Assembly: GCA_024679065.1 (NCBI GenBank)
Contig: JAGIQG010000009.1
Location: 95,542,001 to 95,606,000, forward strand
Length of the DNA stretch: 64,000 nucleotides
From: Sphyrna mokarran
Lineage: Eukaryota
Direction: 5' to 3'
The notes under the pieces were generated by a model, which was given only the letters and a program-made list of their open reading frames with translations, did not search any database and was not told the origin of the DNA. Positions 41,501 to 52,380 of this stretch are shown here, piece after piece; position 1 is the first letter of the stretch, and the number at the start of each line of letters is the position of its first letter. The translations under genes were made by a program, and so were the position numbers.

Positions 41501-42476
41501 TGTCCCAGTCCCAGCTGTTTTTGATGATCTCCCCCCAGGGCACTGGGGTCACCCACACCATGTGATTCTTGTCAAAGCTGATCAAATCACGACCGTCCCA
41601 CCCATATTGGCTAAATCCCTTCGTGGTTCCATCATCCCTCAGGTCACAGCCAGTCATCATCTGGAGGGCATGGATCCCTGTGGATCAGAAACACAAACAG
41701 CCAATCAGAGACAACCCCAATGCATGATCCCATCTGCACAGCCAATTAGAACCAGTCTCACTGGGTGATCACATCCAACCAGCCAATCAACATCAACTCT
41801 GCCTTCTCCCCCACCCCCGCCACTCACACAGCCAATCAGAACCAGCCTCAAGCCCTGCACACATTCACAGCCAATCACATTTCGTGTCACATCTCCAATC
41901 GCAGCCAATCAGCCTCTGGCTCCCGGTTCCTGATCCACTCTGGGTTTCTCCTCATTCCCGCCTGGATCCCCGGGTGCTGGGAGAGTGAGCGCTCACCTCC
42001 TGTCTGGTTGGTGCGCGACATGAGGAGCGGAATATCAATTTTAAAATATATCTCTTGGTCCCGTGCGAGGATCTTCTTCCTCTCCCAGGCTGCCGGACCC
42101 TCGCTCTCCACCATCCACTGCTCCCGGGGGATCAGCTCCCCCCGATCACTGTCGTACATAACAAACTGGACACCGTCCACATAACCGACACCCACAAACT
42201 CCGGGAGACCCGGGATCGGAGTCATTCCCGTGAGGAAATACCGGAGAGAGTGAGAGCCTGAAATAGAGAAAGAGAATTGAGGATATACATCCTAAAAACA
42301 CCAACACCCTCACACACACAGATCAGGGCATGAACCCCAAAACACTGATTTAAAACCGAGAGCAAAACCTCCACCCAGCCTGGCATTGCCCCTCTCAAAC
42401 CCCATCACTCACCTGCAGACACCTCTCCACACAGAAGGACCAGCACTATCAGTCCAATCACTGCTACTTCCCTCAT
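33566..42476 (-). CDS. MHC class I alpha chain, non-classical type, 7 coding exons, 348 aa
   Basis: Exons 42476-42413 (leader MREVAVIGLIVLVLLCGEVSA), 42257-41997 (a1), 41677-41405 (a2), 41000-40737 (a3), 34344-34240 (TM), 33834-33802 and 33612-33566 (cytoplasmic, stop TGA). All introns are GT-AG, phase 1; the joined 1047-nt frame is open. Confidence 0.9.
34240..34344 (-). CDS. MHC class I exon 5 (transmembrane)
   Basis: EPKSRSQVAVTVGIVVGVLVLIALIIVAVVINNKK, AG/GT flanked. Confidence 0.88.
35466..37110 (+). mobile_element. Decayed non-LTR (CR1/L2-clade-like) LINE in MHC intron 4
   Basis: AKVMGPENIP..LKICAPGLA..MWKIAQV; ISAGVPQDSV..P; YKTQVRSVMEYS; frameshifted. Confidence 0.85.
38345..39630. 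mobile_element. Penelope-like element with inverted partial copy
   Basis: GIY-YIG C-terminal ORF 38908-38699 (IGKHFSGHGH..LIAKFCTHKDGLNRD) and inverted arm ~39130-39630. Confidence 0.85.
39546..39569 (+). ncRNA. Hammerhead core in a Penelope terminus
   Basis: CTGACGA-A-GGGG-CAAA-CCCC-GAAA; stem III decayed. Confidence 0.5.
40120..40425 (-). mobile_element. Short 5'-truncated copy of the 43.5-kb CR1 3' end, in MHC intron 4
   Basis: Near-identical to 43490-43800. Confidence 0.85.
40737..41000 (-). CDS. MHC class I exon 4 (alpha3, Ig C1)
   Basis: LSCAVTGFYPQAIEV...LPNHDSTYQ...YSCRVEHSG. Confidence 0.95.
41066..41405. repeat. ~25-bp minisatellite, about 13 copies, filling MHC intron 3
   Basis: (CTCACTCACCGACTCTCACTCCCCC(C))n. 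Confidence 0.95.
41405..41677 (-). CDS. MHC class I exon 3 (alpha2)
   Basis: GIHALQMMTGCDL...QYGWDGRDLISFD...KHYLKVECIEWLRKYLEYG; both Cys present. Confidence 0.95.
41997..42257 (-). CDS. MHC class I exon 2 (alpha1)
   Basis: GSHSLRYFLTGMTPIPGLPEFVGVGYVDG...EGPAAWER...SRTNQTG; N86 glycosylation site kept; CpG-rich. Confidence 0.95.
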
Positions 42477-42590
42477 GTTCGGGAAACATTTGGAGGAAAC
42501 TGTTTTTCAAAGAAAGGGCATCTTCTCAATTCACTCCTGTCTTTTCCTATTTACACAGAGTCTCAGTCTGATTGACACAAAATAGGACTG

Positions 42591-42655
42591 AACCAATCAG
42601 AATAAAGAAATTCAGTGAGTCATCAGTCTCCGGCAGAATTGAAACAAACAGGTTG
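42591..42655 (-). promoter_or_regulatory. MHC S-X-Y promoter module
   Basis: Minus strand: CAACCT-16nt-CCGGAGACTGATGACTCA-15nt-CTGATTGGTT, about 115 nt upstream of the leader ATG. Confidence 0.8.
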
Positions 42656-43469
42656 AGAAACAGCGTCAATGTTGAGAATTGTCCAATCAGATAAATATAG
42701 TTGCTTTCTCACAGTGGTACAGTGGTTAGCACTTGCTGCCTCACTGTGCCACCGTCTTGGGTTCAATTCCAACCTCGGGTCACTGCCTGTGTGGAGGTTG
42801 CACATTCTCCATGCGGCTTTCTTTTGGGTGCCCCAGTTTCCTCCCACACTCCAAAATGGGTGGGTTCCTTAAATAAGTCATTACCAAATTGTTCTTTAGT
42901 GTCCCAAGATGCGTGCATCAGGGGATAAGCCATGTTAAATATGTCGGACTACAGTGGTAGGGCTACAGGGTGAAGGTGCTCTTCACCCTGTAGGCACGGG
43001 CTCGTTGGGCCGAAGGGCCTGTTTCCCGTGCTGTTTTGTTCTTTTTTCTTTATTGATTCTAACTTCATCACTGACCAGAGTGAATGACCTGAAATGAGTT
43101 TGATACAGGGACAGAGGGAAGGACATTTAAGCTAACCATTCAATTCGATCATCCCTGATCTGAACTCCAGTTTCTGACAATAACCCATATCCTTAGATAT
43201 CATTATCCAATAAAAATCTTACATTTTAAAGTTCCAATTGTTCGCAATTTTTGGTGGAGAGACTGGATGTGGATTCCAGAATACTGAATCATTTTAACAT
43301 TTTAAAAAGATCTCCCGTCCAAATTCTGAACTCTCTGGAATGAAAATCAAGTTGATACAACCCTTCAAACTTTATCCTTCAGATTAAAAACCCTAAACTC
43401 TAAAGTGCATCCTGAGAAAGAGATTCTTTATTGTCCATTGTCAGTGTTGTGGAGTTGGGGGTAATATTT

Positions 43470-45015
43470 TTTTTAAAGATTAAAGATTAAAGAGCAACAC
43501 AGCACGGGAAACAGGCCCTTCGGCCCAACGAGCCCGTGCCGCCGTCATAACTATATAGTAGCAAATCCATTATCCTATTATATTATTCCTATATAATAAT
43601 ATATATTATTCCTAATATGGAAAATTCTCACTATAGGGACAATTTGTTTCCCAATCAGCCTAAGAGCGAATTTTTGGGTTGTGGGAGGAAACCGGAGTGC
43701 CCGGAGAAAACCCACACAACCACGGGGAGAACGCGCAAACTCCCGCAGACACCGGCCCAATTCCAAGTGTCTGCACAGCCACATCGATAGTCTCTGAGCT
43801 GTCATGGTGCCCTTCAGATGGTCCACATAAAGCACTCATTTACGACATGAGGTACCAGGCAACCCATGAATCAACATCCAAGAGCTGTCCTCGCACCACC
43901 TGCCGAATGCATGCTCAAATTATGGACCGAATTACCTGTGGAAAAAAGCCGTAGTTAAACAGTCCTAATATATCCCTCTATCTGCATACCGCTCATGTGG
44001 CTGTCCAAGAGACCCTTAAACAGCCCCAGCGTGCCTGCTCCCACCACCTTACTCGGCAGTGCATTCCACACCCCCACTACCCTTTGTGTGAAAAACTGCC
44101 CTCTAATATTCGTCCTATACATAGCCCCCCTCACCCTATGGCCATGACCCCTCGTCCTATCCATTTCTAAAGGCGGAAAGAGTTTACCTCCATTTACTCT
44201 ATCTATACCCCTTATAATCTTATACACCTCTATGAGATCCCCTCTAAGCTGACGTCTTTCAAGGGAAAACTACCCCAGTCTATCTAATCGTTCCTCATAA
44301 GACAGTCCTTCCATACCAGGCAGCATCCTGGTAAACCTCCTCTGCACTCTCTCCAAGGACTCCACATCCTTCCGATAGTACGGCGACCAGAACTGGACGC
44401 AGTATTCCAAGTGAGGCCTAACCAAAGTTCTATACAACTGCAACATCAAACTCCTACTCTTGTATTCTATACCCTTTTCTATGAAAGCTAACATACTATA
44501 CGCCTTCTTTATCACCTTCTCCACCTGTGAGGACACCTTCAGAGACTTGTGAACCTGCACCCCCAAGTCTCTCTGCGTCTCTATGCTCCGTATAGTTTTA
44601 CCTTTTATCCTATAACTCTCTTCTACATTTTTCCGGCCAAAATGCATCACCTCGCATTTATCCGGATTAAATTCCATTTGCCATCTATCTGCCCAGTCTA
44701 CCAACCTGTCTATGTCCTGTTGTATTGCCTGACACTGCTCTTCTGTACCTGCCAATCCAAGCATCTTGGTGTCATCAGCAAATTTGCTGATCTCACCACC
44801 TACCCCTACTTCCAAGTCGTTTATGTAGACCACAAATAGAAGAGGACCTAGTACTGAGCCTTGTGGCACTCCACTAGTGACAGGCTTCCAGCCGGAAAAA
44901 GAGCCTTCCACTACTACCCTCTGTCTCCTCCTCCCGAGCCAGTTCTCGACCCATCTACATACCCGACCCTGTATCCCATGCGCCTTCACCTTCTCTATCA
45001 GTCTACCATGAGGAA
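43470..45015 (-). mobile_element. Young 5'-truncated CR1 LINE
   Basis: ORF2 RT with GVPQGSVLGP and KFADD (44989-44270), one in-frame stop, continues to 43955; 3' UTR and tail to ~43470; absent from the duplicated unit at ~47190. Confidence 0.92.
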
Positions 45016-46057
45016 TGTATGAATTTTGTATGAAGGTTTTGTATGAATAGAGGATTGGTTATTAAGAACATAAGAACAAGGAGTAGGAATAGCCATCTGG
45101 TCTCTCGAGCCTGCTCTGCCATTCAATAAGATCATGGCTGCCCTTTTTATGGACTCAGCTCCACTTACCCACCTGCTCACCACAACTCTTTCACAAAGGG
45201 TTTTGGCAAAGAGTCATCTGCACTCAAAAAATCAACTTTCTTTTCTCTTCTTACAGATGCTGACAGACCTACTGAGATCTCTTTTGGAACCATAGCTCTT
45301 AATTCCTTTACTGTTAAAAAACGCATCTATCCTTGCCTTAAAATCATTCAACAAAACAGCCTCAATTGCTTCACTGACAGGGAATTCCACAGATTCACAA
45401 CTACTTGGGTGAAGAAGCTCTTCCTCAACTCAGTCCTAAATCTGCTCCATTCTATTTTGAGACCATTCACTCCGACTCTTTGTTTTCTGTTAGTTAACAT
45501 ATTCTCTATCCATGCTAATAATTATCCATAACACAGTGCGCCATTATCTGATGCACAGTCTTTGGTGCAGCATGTTGTCAAATGCCTTCTGGAAATCAAG
45601 GTCCACCACATTCCACAGATTCCCCATTGTCCACTGTGCATGGAATGTTCTCAAAGAATTCCACCAAATTTGTTAAACATGAGCTGCCCTTCGTGAATTC
45701 ATGCTGCATCTCCCCAATGGGGCAATTTATATCCAGAAGTCAAATAGACAAGAAACATTGATTTGACATAAATGGGCCAGTTTCAAGTTGGCCGGCTCTG
45801 GTTAGTGAAGTGTCAATAGGATCAGTGCTCGGACAATCAGCCATTTACAATCTACATTCATGACTCAGGCCAAGAAGACGAGTGTAGTGTACCTAAACAT
45901 GCAGCAGCTACAAAGCTAGGTGGAAATGCGGAAGGATTAAATTGGTTAGGATTGTATTCATTGGGGTCTAGAAGAATGAGGAGGATCACACAGAAACTTT
46001 CAAAATTCAAAGAGGCCTCGACAAGGTAGTTCCAGGACACCCCAAAATCACCAACAC

Positions 46058-46088
<31 letters not shown>

Positions 46089-46179
46089 GATCAGGGCATG
46101 AACCCCAAAACACTGATTCCAAACGTGGGGAAAACTTACACCCAGCCTGGCATTGCCCCTCTCACAGCCCATCACTCAG

Positions 46180-46243
46180 CTGCAGACACCTCTCCACACA
46201 GAAGGACCAGCACTAACAGTCCAATCATTGATGCTTCCCTCAT
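46180..46243 (-). pseudogene. Orphan duplicated MHC class I leader exon with dead splice donor
   Basis: MREASMIGLLVLVLLCGEVSA+G followed by CTGAGT instead of GTGAGT (46179); no exon 2 of its own. Confidence 0.85.
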
Positions 46244-46361
46244 GTTGGGGAAACATTTGGAGAAACTCTTTTCCAAAAAAAAAGCCTTTTTCTCAACTCA
46301 CTCCTTCTGTCTTTCCCGGTTCACACTGAGCCTCAGTCTGATTGGACACAAAATAGGACTG

Positions 46362-46426
46362 AACCAATCAGAATAAAGAGATTCAGTGAGTCATCAGTCT
46401 CCGGCAGAATTGAAACAAACAGGTTG
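46362..46426 (-). promoter_or_regulatory. Duplicated S-X-Y module
   Basis: Nearly identical to 42591-42655; second CCAAT intact at 46341-46345. Confidence 0.75.
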
Positions 46427-49400
46427 AGAAACTGCTTCAATGTTGAGAATTGTCCAATCAGGTAAATATAGTTGCTTTCTCACAGTGGTACAGTGGTTCG
46501 CACTGCTGCCTCACTGTGCCACCGACTTGGGTTCAATTCCAACCTCGGGTCACTGCCTGTGTGGAGGTTGCACATTCTCCATGCGGTTTCTTTTGGGTGC
46601 CCCAGTTTCCTCCCACACTCCAACACGGGTGGGTTCCTTAAATAAGTCATTACCAAATTGCCCTTTAGTGTCCCAAGATGTGTGCATCAGGGGATTACCC
46701 ATGGTAAACACGTAGAGCTGCAGTGGTAGGACCAGGGTGAAGGTGCTCTGTCTGAGATTGGTGCTGAATGGGCTCTTTCCATGATTCCAACTTCATCACT
46801 GACCAGAGTGAATGAGCTGAAATGAGTTTGATACAGGGACATAAGGAAGGACATTTGAGCTAACTATTCAATTCGATCATCACTGATCTGAACCCCAGTT
46901 TGTGACAATAATTAGCCAATAAAAATCTATCACTCTTACTTTTTAAAGTTCCAATTGTTCACCATTTTTGGTAGAGAGACTGGATGTGGATTGCAGAATA
47001 CTGAATCATTTTAACATTATAAAAAGATCTCCCCTCCAAATTCTAAACTCTCTGGAATAAAAATCAAGTTGATAGAACCCTTCAAACTTTATCCTTCACG
47101 TTAAAAACCCTAAACTCTAAAGTGCGTCCTGAGAAAGAGACGCACTTTATTGTCCATTGTCAGTGTTGTAGAGTTAGGGGTAATATTTTTGTATGAATAG
47201 AGGATTGGTTCTTAAGAACATAAGAACAACGAGCAGGAATAGCCATCTGGTCTCTCGAGCCTGCTCTGCCATTCAATAAGATCATGGCTGCCCTTTTTAT
47301 GGACTCAGCTCCACTTACCCACCTGCTCACCACAACTCTTTGACAAAGGGCTTTGGCAAAGAGTCATCTGCACTCAAAACATCAATTTTCTTTTCTCTCC
47401 TTACTGATGCTGCCAGACCTACTGAGATCTCTTTTGGAACCATAGCTCTTAATTCCTTTACTGTTCAAGAACGCATCTATCCTTGCCTTAAAAACATTCA
47501 ATGAAACAGCCTTAATTGCTTCACTGGGCAGGGAATTCCACAGATTCACAACTACTTGGGTGAAGAAGCTCCTCTTCAACTCAGTCCTAAATCTGCTCCG
47601 TCCAATTTTGAGGTGATTCATCCCGACTCTTTGCTTTCTGTTAGTTAACCAATCCTCTATCCATGCTAATAATTATCCATAACACAGTGCGCCATTATCT
47701 GATGCACAGTCTTTGGTGCAGCATGTTGTCAAATGCCTTCTGGAAATCAAGATCCACCACATTCCACAGATTCCCCATTGTCCACTGTGCATGGAATGTT
47801 CTCAAAGAATTCCACCAAATTTGTTAAACATGAGCTGCCCTTCGTGAATTCATGCTGCATCTACCCAATGTGGCAATTTATATCCAGATGTCAAATAGAC
47901 AAGAAACATTGATTTGGCATAAATGGGCCATTTTCAAGTTGGCCGGCTCTGGTTAGTGAAGTGTCATTAGGATCAGTGGTCGAACAATCAGCCATTTACA
48001 ATCTATATTCATGACTCAGGCCAAGAAGACGGGTGTAGTGTATTTAAACTTGCAGTAGATACAAAGCTAGGTGGAAATGAGGAAGGATTAAATTGGTTAG
48101 GATTGTATTCATTGGGGTCTAGAAGAATAAAGAGGATCACAGAGAAACTTATAAAATTCAAAGAGGCCTCGACCAGACAGTTCCAGGAAGGATGTTCCCA
48201 ATAATGGGGGAGTCCTGAACCAGGGGTTGTTGTTTGAAGATACAAGGTAAACCATTGAGGATTGAGGTGAGCAGAAATTTCTTCATCCAGGGAGTGGTAA
48301 GCCTATGGAATTTACTATTGCAGACAGCAGTTGGGGGCAAAATATTGTATATTTTCAACAGGCAGTTAGATATAGAATTTGGGGAGAAGGGGATCAAAAG
48401 ATATGTGGAAAGGCTGGATTGAGTTGAAAAATCAGCCGTGATCATAATGAATGGCAGAGCAGGTTTGATGGGCTGAATGGCCTGTTCCTGTTCCTGTTTT
48501 CTCAGTTTCTATGAAATGCAAACCGTGTGGACGATTAGAGAGCTGCAAAAAAATTTGGTCTAGTTAAGTGAATGGACTGCAAGATGGCAGATGGAGTGTA
48601 AGGGGGGTCATTGTGGGGTTTCACTGTGTCTCCTGCCAGCACAATATGGCCTTCTGCAGATTCACACTGGCCCATACAGATTTCACTCTGAATAACCCAG
48701 CCTATAAGAAGGTCTTTAAATTGAAGCATGTCCATCCTTCAGTAACAGCATCCCACTTTGTTATAGTGTACAAGGGTGTAATAATGAGAGGGTGGAGTGA
48801 GAGACAGAGTCAGAGTAAGTTGTGGCAGTGAGGCACAGGTTTAAAATAAAGTTCCAGAAAACCTTACAAAGACTATTTTTCACTTAAAAATGTTCTATCG
48901 AAGAGGCAGAAGATGTAATCTGATCTCTTGATGATATTGGAGACAAGCACAGTATTAATCTAAAGTAAAGTTACAGTTTATTTATTGTCACAAGTATGCT
49001 TACATTCACACTGCAATGAAGTTACTATGAAAGATCCCTAGTTGCCACACTCTCGTGCCTGTTCGGGTACACTGAGAGAGAATTAGCATGACCAGTGCAC
49101 CTAACCAGCATGTCTTTTGGGCTCTAGGAGGAAACCAGAGCATCTGGAGGAATCCCACGCAGATATGAGGAGAACATGCAAACTCCACACAGACACACCC
49201 AAGTTGGGAATCAAACCCAGGTCCCTGGCACTGTGAGGCAGCAATGCTAACCACTGTGCCTCATTCTTCCCTAATTTCACACTCAGCCTCCCTGACCTAT
49301 TGTAATTTCTGCAGGTTTCAGACAGAAATGCTTTTTGAAATGAATGATTGTGTCTAAGGATATTTCTGAGAACAGGGCACATTTATTTACTTATTAATTC

Positions 49401-52102
49401 AGATGTAATGAAGTGAGACAGTTTTATCTGTGGGCCCAGTGAATGCACATTGCACAACACTTCTGTCTTTGAGCTGAAATATTGCTTCCTATTTCATATG
49501 GTTAGAAACCACTAGGATTATTCGTATGTGACAGAGAACAGAGTTGCTGGGAGGGGGATGGGGGGGTTGTGGATGGCAGGAAGAGGGTGCAGGGGGTGCA
49601 GGGGAGTAGTGCTATTCAATTTTGCTAGCACAGTTTGAAAAGTAGAACACTTTTTAAATTTAGATCCCTGTGTGTACTCCACAAGGAACACACAAATTCT
49701 TTCAGGTAGAATCATAGAATCTCTGCATTGCAGAAAGAGATCATTCAGCCCATCGATTCTCCAACAGAGCATCTTATCTAGTCTCTATACCGATAACCCC
49801 AATATTTACATGGCTAATTCTCCAAACTAATACATCTTGGGAGGGACATTAAGGGCCATTTAGCATGGCCAATCCTAACCTGTGGGAGGAAACTGGTTCA
49901 CCCAGCCAAAATCCACATGGACATGGGGAGAATTTTCAAAGTCCACAAGACACCCTTGGCTAGAGCTGAACCTTGTCTCTAGCACTGTGGGGGCAGCAAT
50001 GTTAACCACTGTGCCAAAGCACTCACCATTCAATATGCAATCAGAAAAGCTAATGATATCTTGATGTTGCAAAGGGATTGGAGAGCAGAATAAAGAATTC
50101 TTATCACAAATGTAAAGACCATTACTAACACCACACCTGCAATTCTGTGTAGATGTTTTCCAGGCAGATGCACAGAGGACATTTCCTTCTCTGAATCTCA
50201 GAAGGATCAGGACTTTTTTAATGAGGAAAAATTGAGCAGGTTGGGATTTATTTATTGGAGTTTAGACAACTGAGAGGTTATCTCGCAGAAACATTAGATT
50301 CTGATAGGGCTTGATAAGGTCGACACTGAAAGATTCTATCTGTTTGTGAGCAATAAAACATGGGAGCAAAGCCTCAGGGTAAGAGGTGAATCAGTTAACA
50401 TGAGGAGAAATTTCTTCACTGAAAGGATTGTGGATCTTTGCCATTCTCTGTCCCAGAGTATTGTCGATGCATTATTATTGAAGATATTGAAGATATGATG
50501 TTAAGATTCCAGTGTTGGACTGGGGTAAAACAGAAAGAAATCCCACAACACCAATTTAAAGTCCAAACAGGTTTATTTGTAGCAAAAGCCCCAAGTTTTC
50601 GGGACAGCCTGTCCCTTCGTCACGTGGCTGGGAGTTCGACAGAAACCTGTTTGGACTTTAAACTGGGATTTCTTTTTATATTGAAGATAGACTGATTTGT
50701 GATGTCTCAGTGAATGGAGGTTTACAGAGAGTAGGAGTGAAAATGAAGATGAGGTAGAAAATCAGCTATGAATGTATTGAATTGTATTGTATTGTATTGA
50801 ACAATCGTGGCTGTAAAAAGCAGCGATAATGCTCTGGCTCAATAAAGTTAAATAAATTCACCTTTCACTTTGCCGAGGCTCTTTGGCACTTTAACCACGG
50901 TTTCTTCTTGATGGCACCTTTGTACCTGGAGCCTCAGCATCCAATTCCAGAAACTATTTTAGTAACATTGCTTGGGCAATGTGAGGTGGGAAATTTAGCT
51001 CCAAGTCAGAATAACTGCAATATCCAAAATAGCAAGGTGGTAGGATTGAAAATTTAAACTGAGTTCAGATTAGGTTGCAGAAATCCAGGAAATATAAACA
51101 AACATGGATATTTTTAATTGGTCCATCCTTCTAAACATTTTATGTAACTAATTTAAATTAGAATCATACAGTGAAAACAATTATTACAGAAAATAATAAC
51201 AACTAAGTATTTGTATTAAAGAATAAAAATTGTTTTTTAGATGATAGTCATCAGCATCCAAAACATTGATCAAGGCTTATCAATAGCAGGTGGGTCTAAC
51301 TAGCTGGGTCAGCATTTGTTGCCTGTCCCTAATTCCTCTTGAACTGAGTGTCATTTATCAGTCAACCACATTGTTGTGCCTCTGGAGTCACATGTAGACC
51401 AGAGCAAATAACAACAGCAGGTTTCCTTCCCTAAAGGATATTTGTGAATCAGATGGGTTTTCAACAACAAACATTGTCATGGTCATAAAGCCTTTCATTC
51501 CAGATTTTTATGGAAATCAAATTTCATCATCTGCCACGATGGGATTTGACATTGTCAGAGATAGTCACTACAATAGCAGGGACCAGATGCCATGGCCACA
51601 ACAGGAAATGGCAGGCCATTGAAATCCATGAAGCTAAGGTGGTCAGGGCATGCTCAGGCAATGTCCACCAGGCAGTGCCAGGCTGGTAGTGCTCATCTGA
51701 CATGCTGGCACTGCCATCTTGCACCCTGGTGGTGCCTGGTTGGAAACTATATGTGTACCAGAGGTGAGGTCCAAGTGGAGGTAGGGTTATGATAGGGCAG
51801 TATGCATAATGATGGTAGGGCTTATTGGAGGGTAGTTCTATAAAAGAGGAGCTCTGCAAAGGGGTCATTGGACAGGAGTGGGACATAGAGGGGTTGGGGG
51901 AGTCATGACAGGATGAGGGTGGACATGAATGTCAGGTGCCTACCAGCGACTCATTGGGCAGGTCCTGTTGCCCTGATACTGGCAATCAATGTTGATATGG
52001 AGCTGACAATGTCAATGATGGTGGGATGTATCCAATCCAGGTGCGAGGTGAAATTGCTGAGCCTCTGACGCAAATCTTTGTCTCTTCCTTGGACACAGGT
52101 GA

Positions 52103-52380
52103 GGTAAGAACTCAGTAAGAATTTAGCAACACCAATTATTAATCCAACCGATTTATTTGATAGTAAATCCGCGAGCTTTCAACACTCTTGTGTCTTCCTC
52201 AGGCAAGTGCAGTGTTCTGCACTTGCCTGAGGAACACTGCACTTGCCTGAGGAAGACACAAGAGTGTTGAAAGCTCACGGATTTACTATCAAATAAATCG
52301 GTTGGATTAATAATTGGTGTTGCTAAATTCTTACTGAGTTCTTACCACCCCAATCCAACGCCGGCATCTTTACATCATGA
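52103..52380. mobile_element. Penelope-like element terminus as a near-perfect palindrome
   Basis: Inverted arms 52103-52217 and 52232-52346 (115 bp, 1 mismatch); target duplication ACAGGTGAGGT at 52095 and 52383. Confidence 0.85.
52247..52276 (+). ncRNA. Minimal hammerhead ribozyme motif (mirror copy on - strand at 52173-52202)
   Basis: CTGAGGA-A-GACAC-AAGA-GTGTT-GAAA-GCTC. Confidence 0.6.

Larger units (their letters stand above)
42285..48190. repeat. Tandem duplication of the MHC promoter/exon 1 unit (42285-46037 incl. CR1 insertion; 46038-48190)
   Basis: Colinear homology; junction TTCCAGGA|CACCCC at 46037. Confidence 0.88.
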
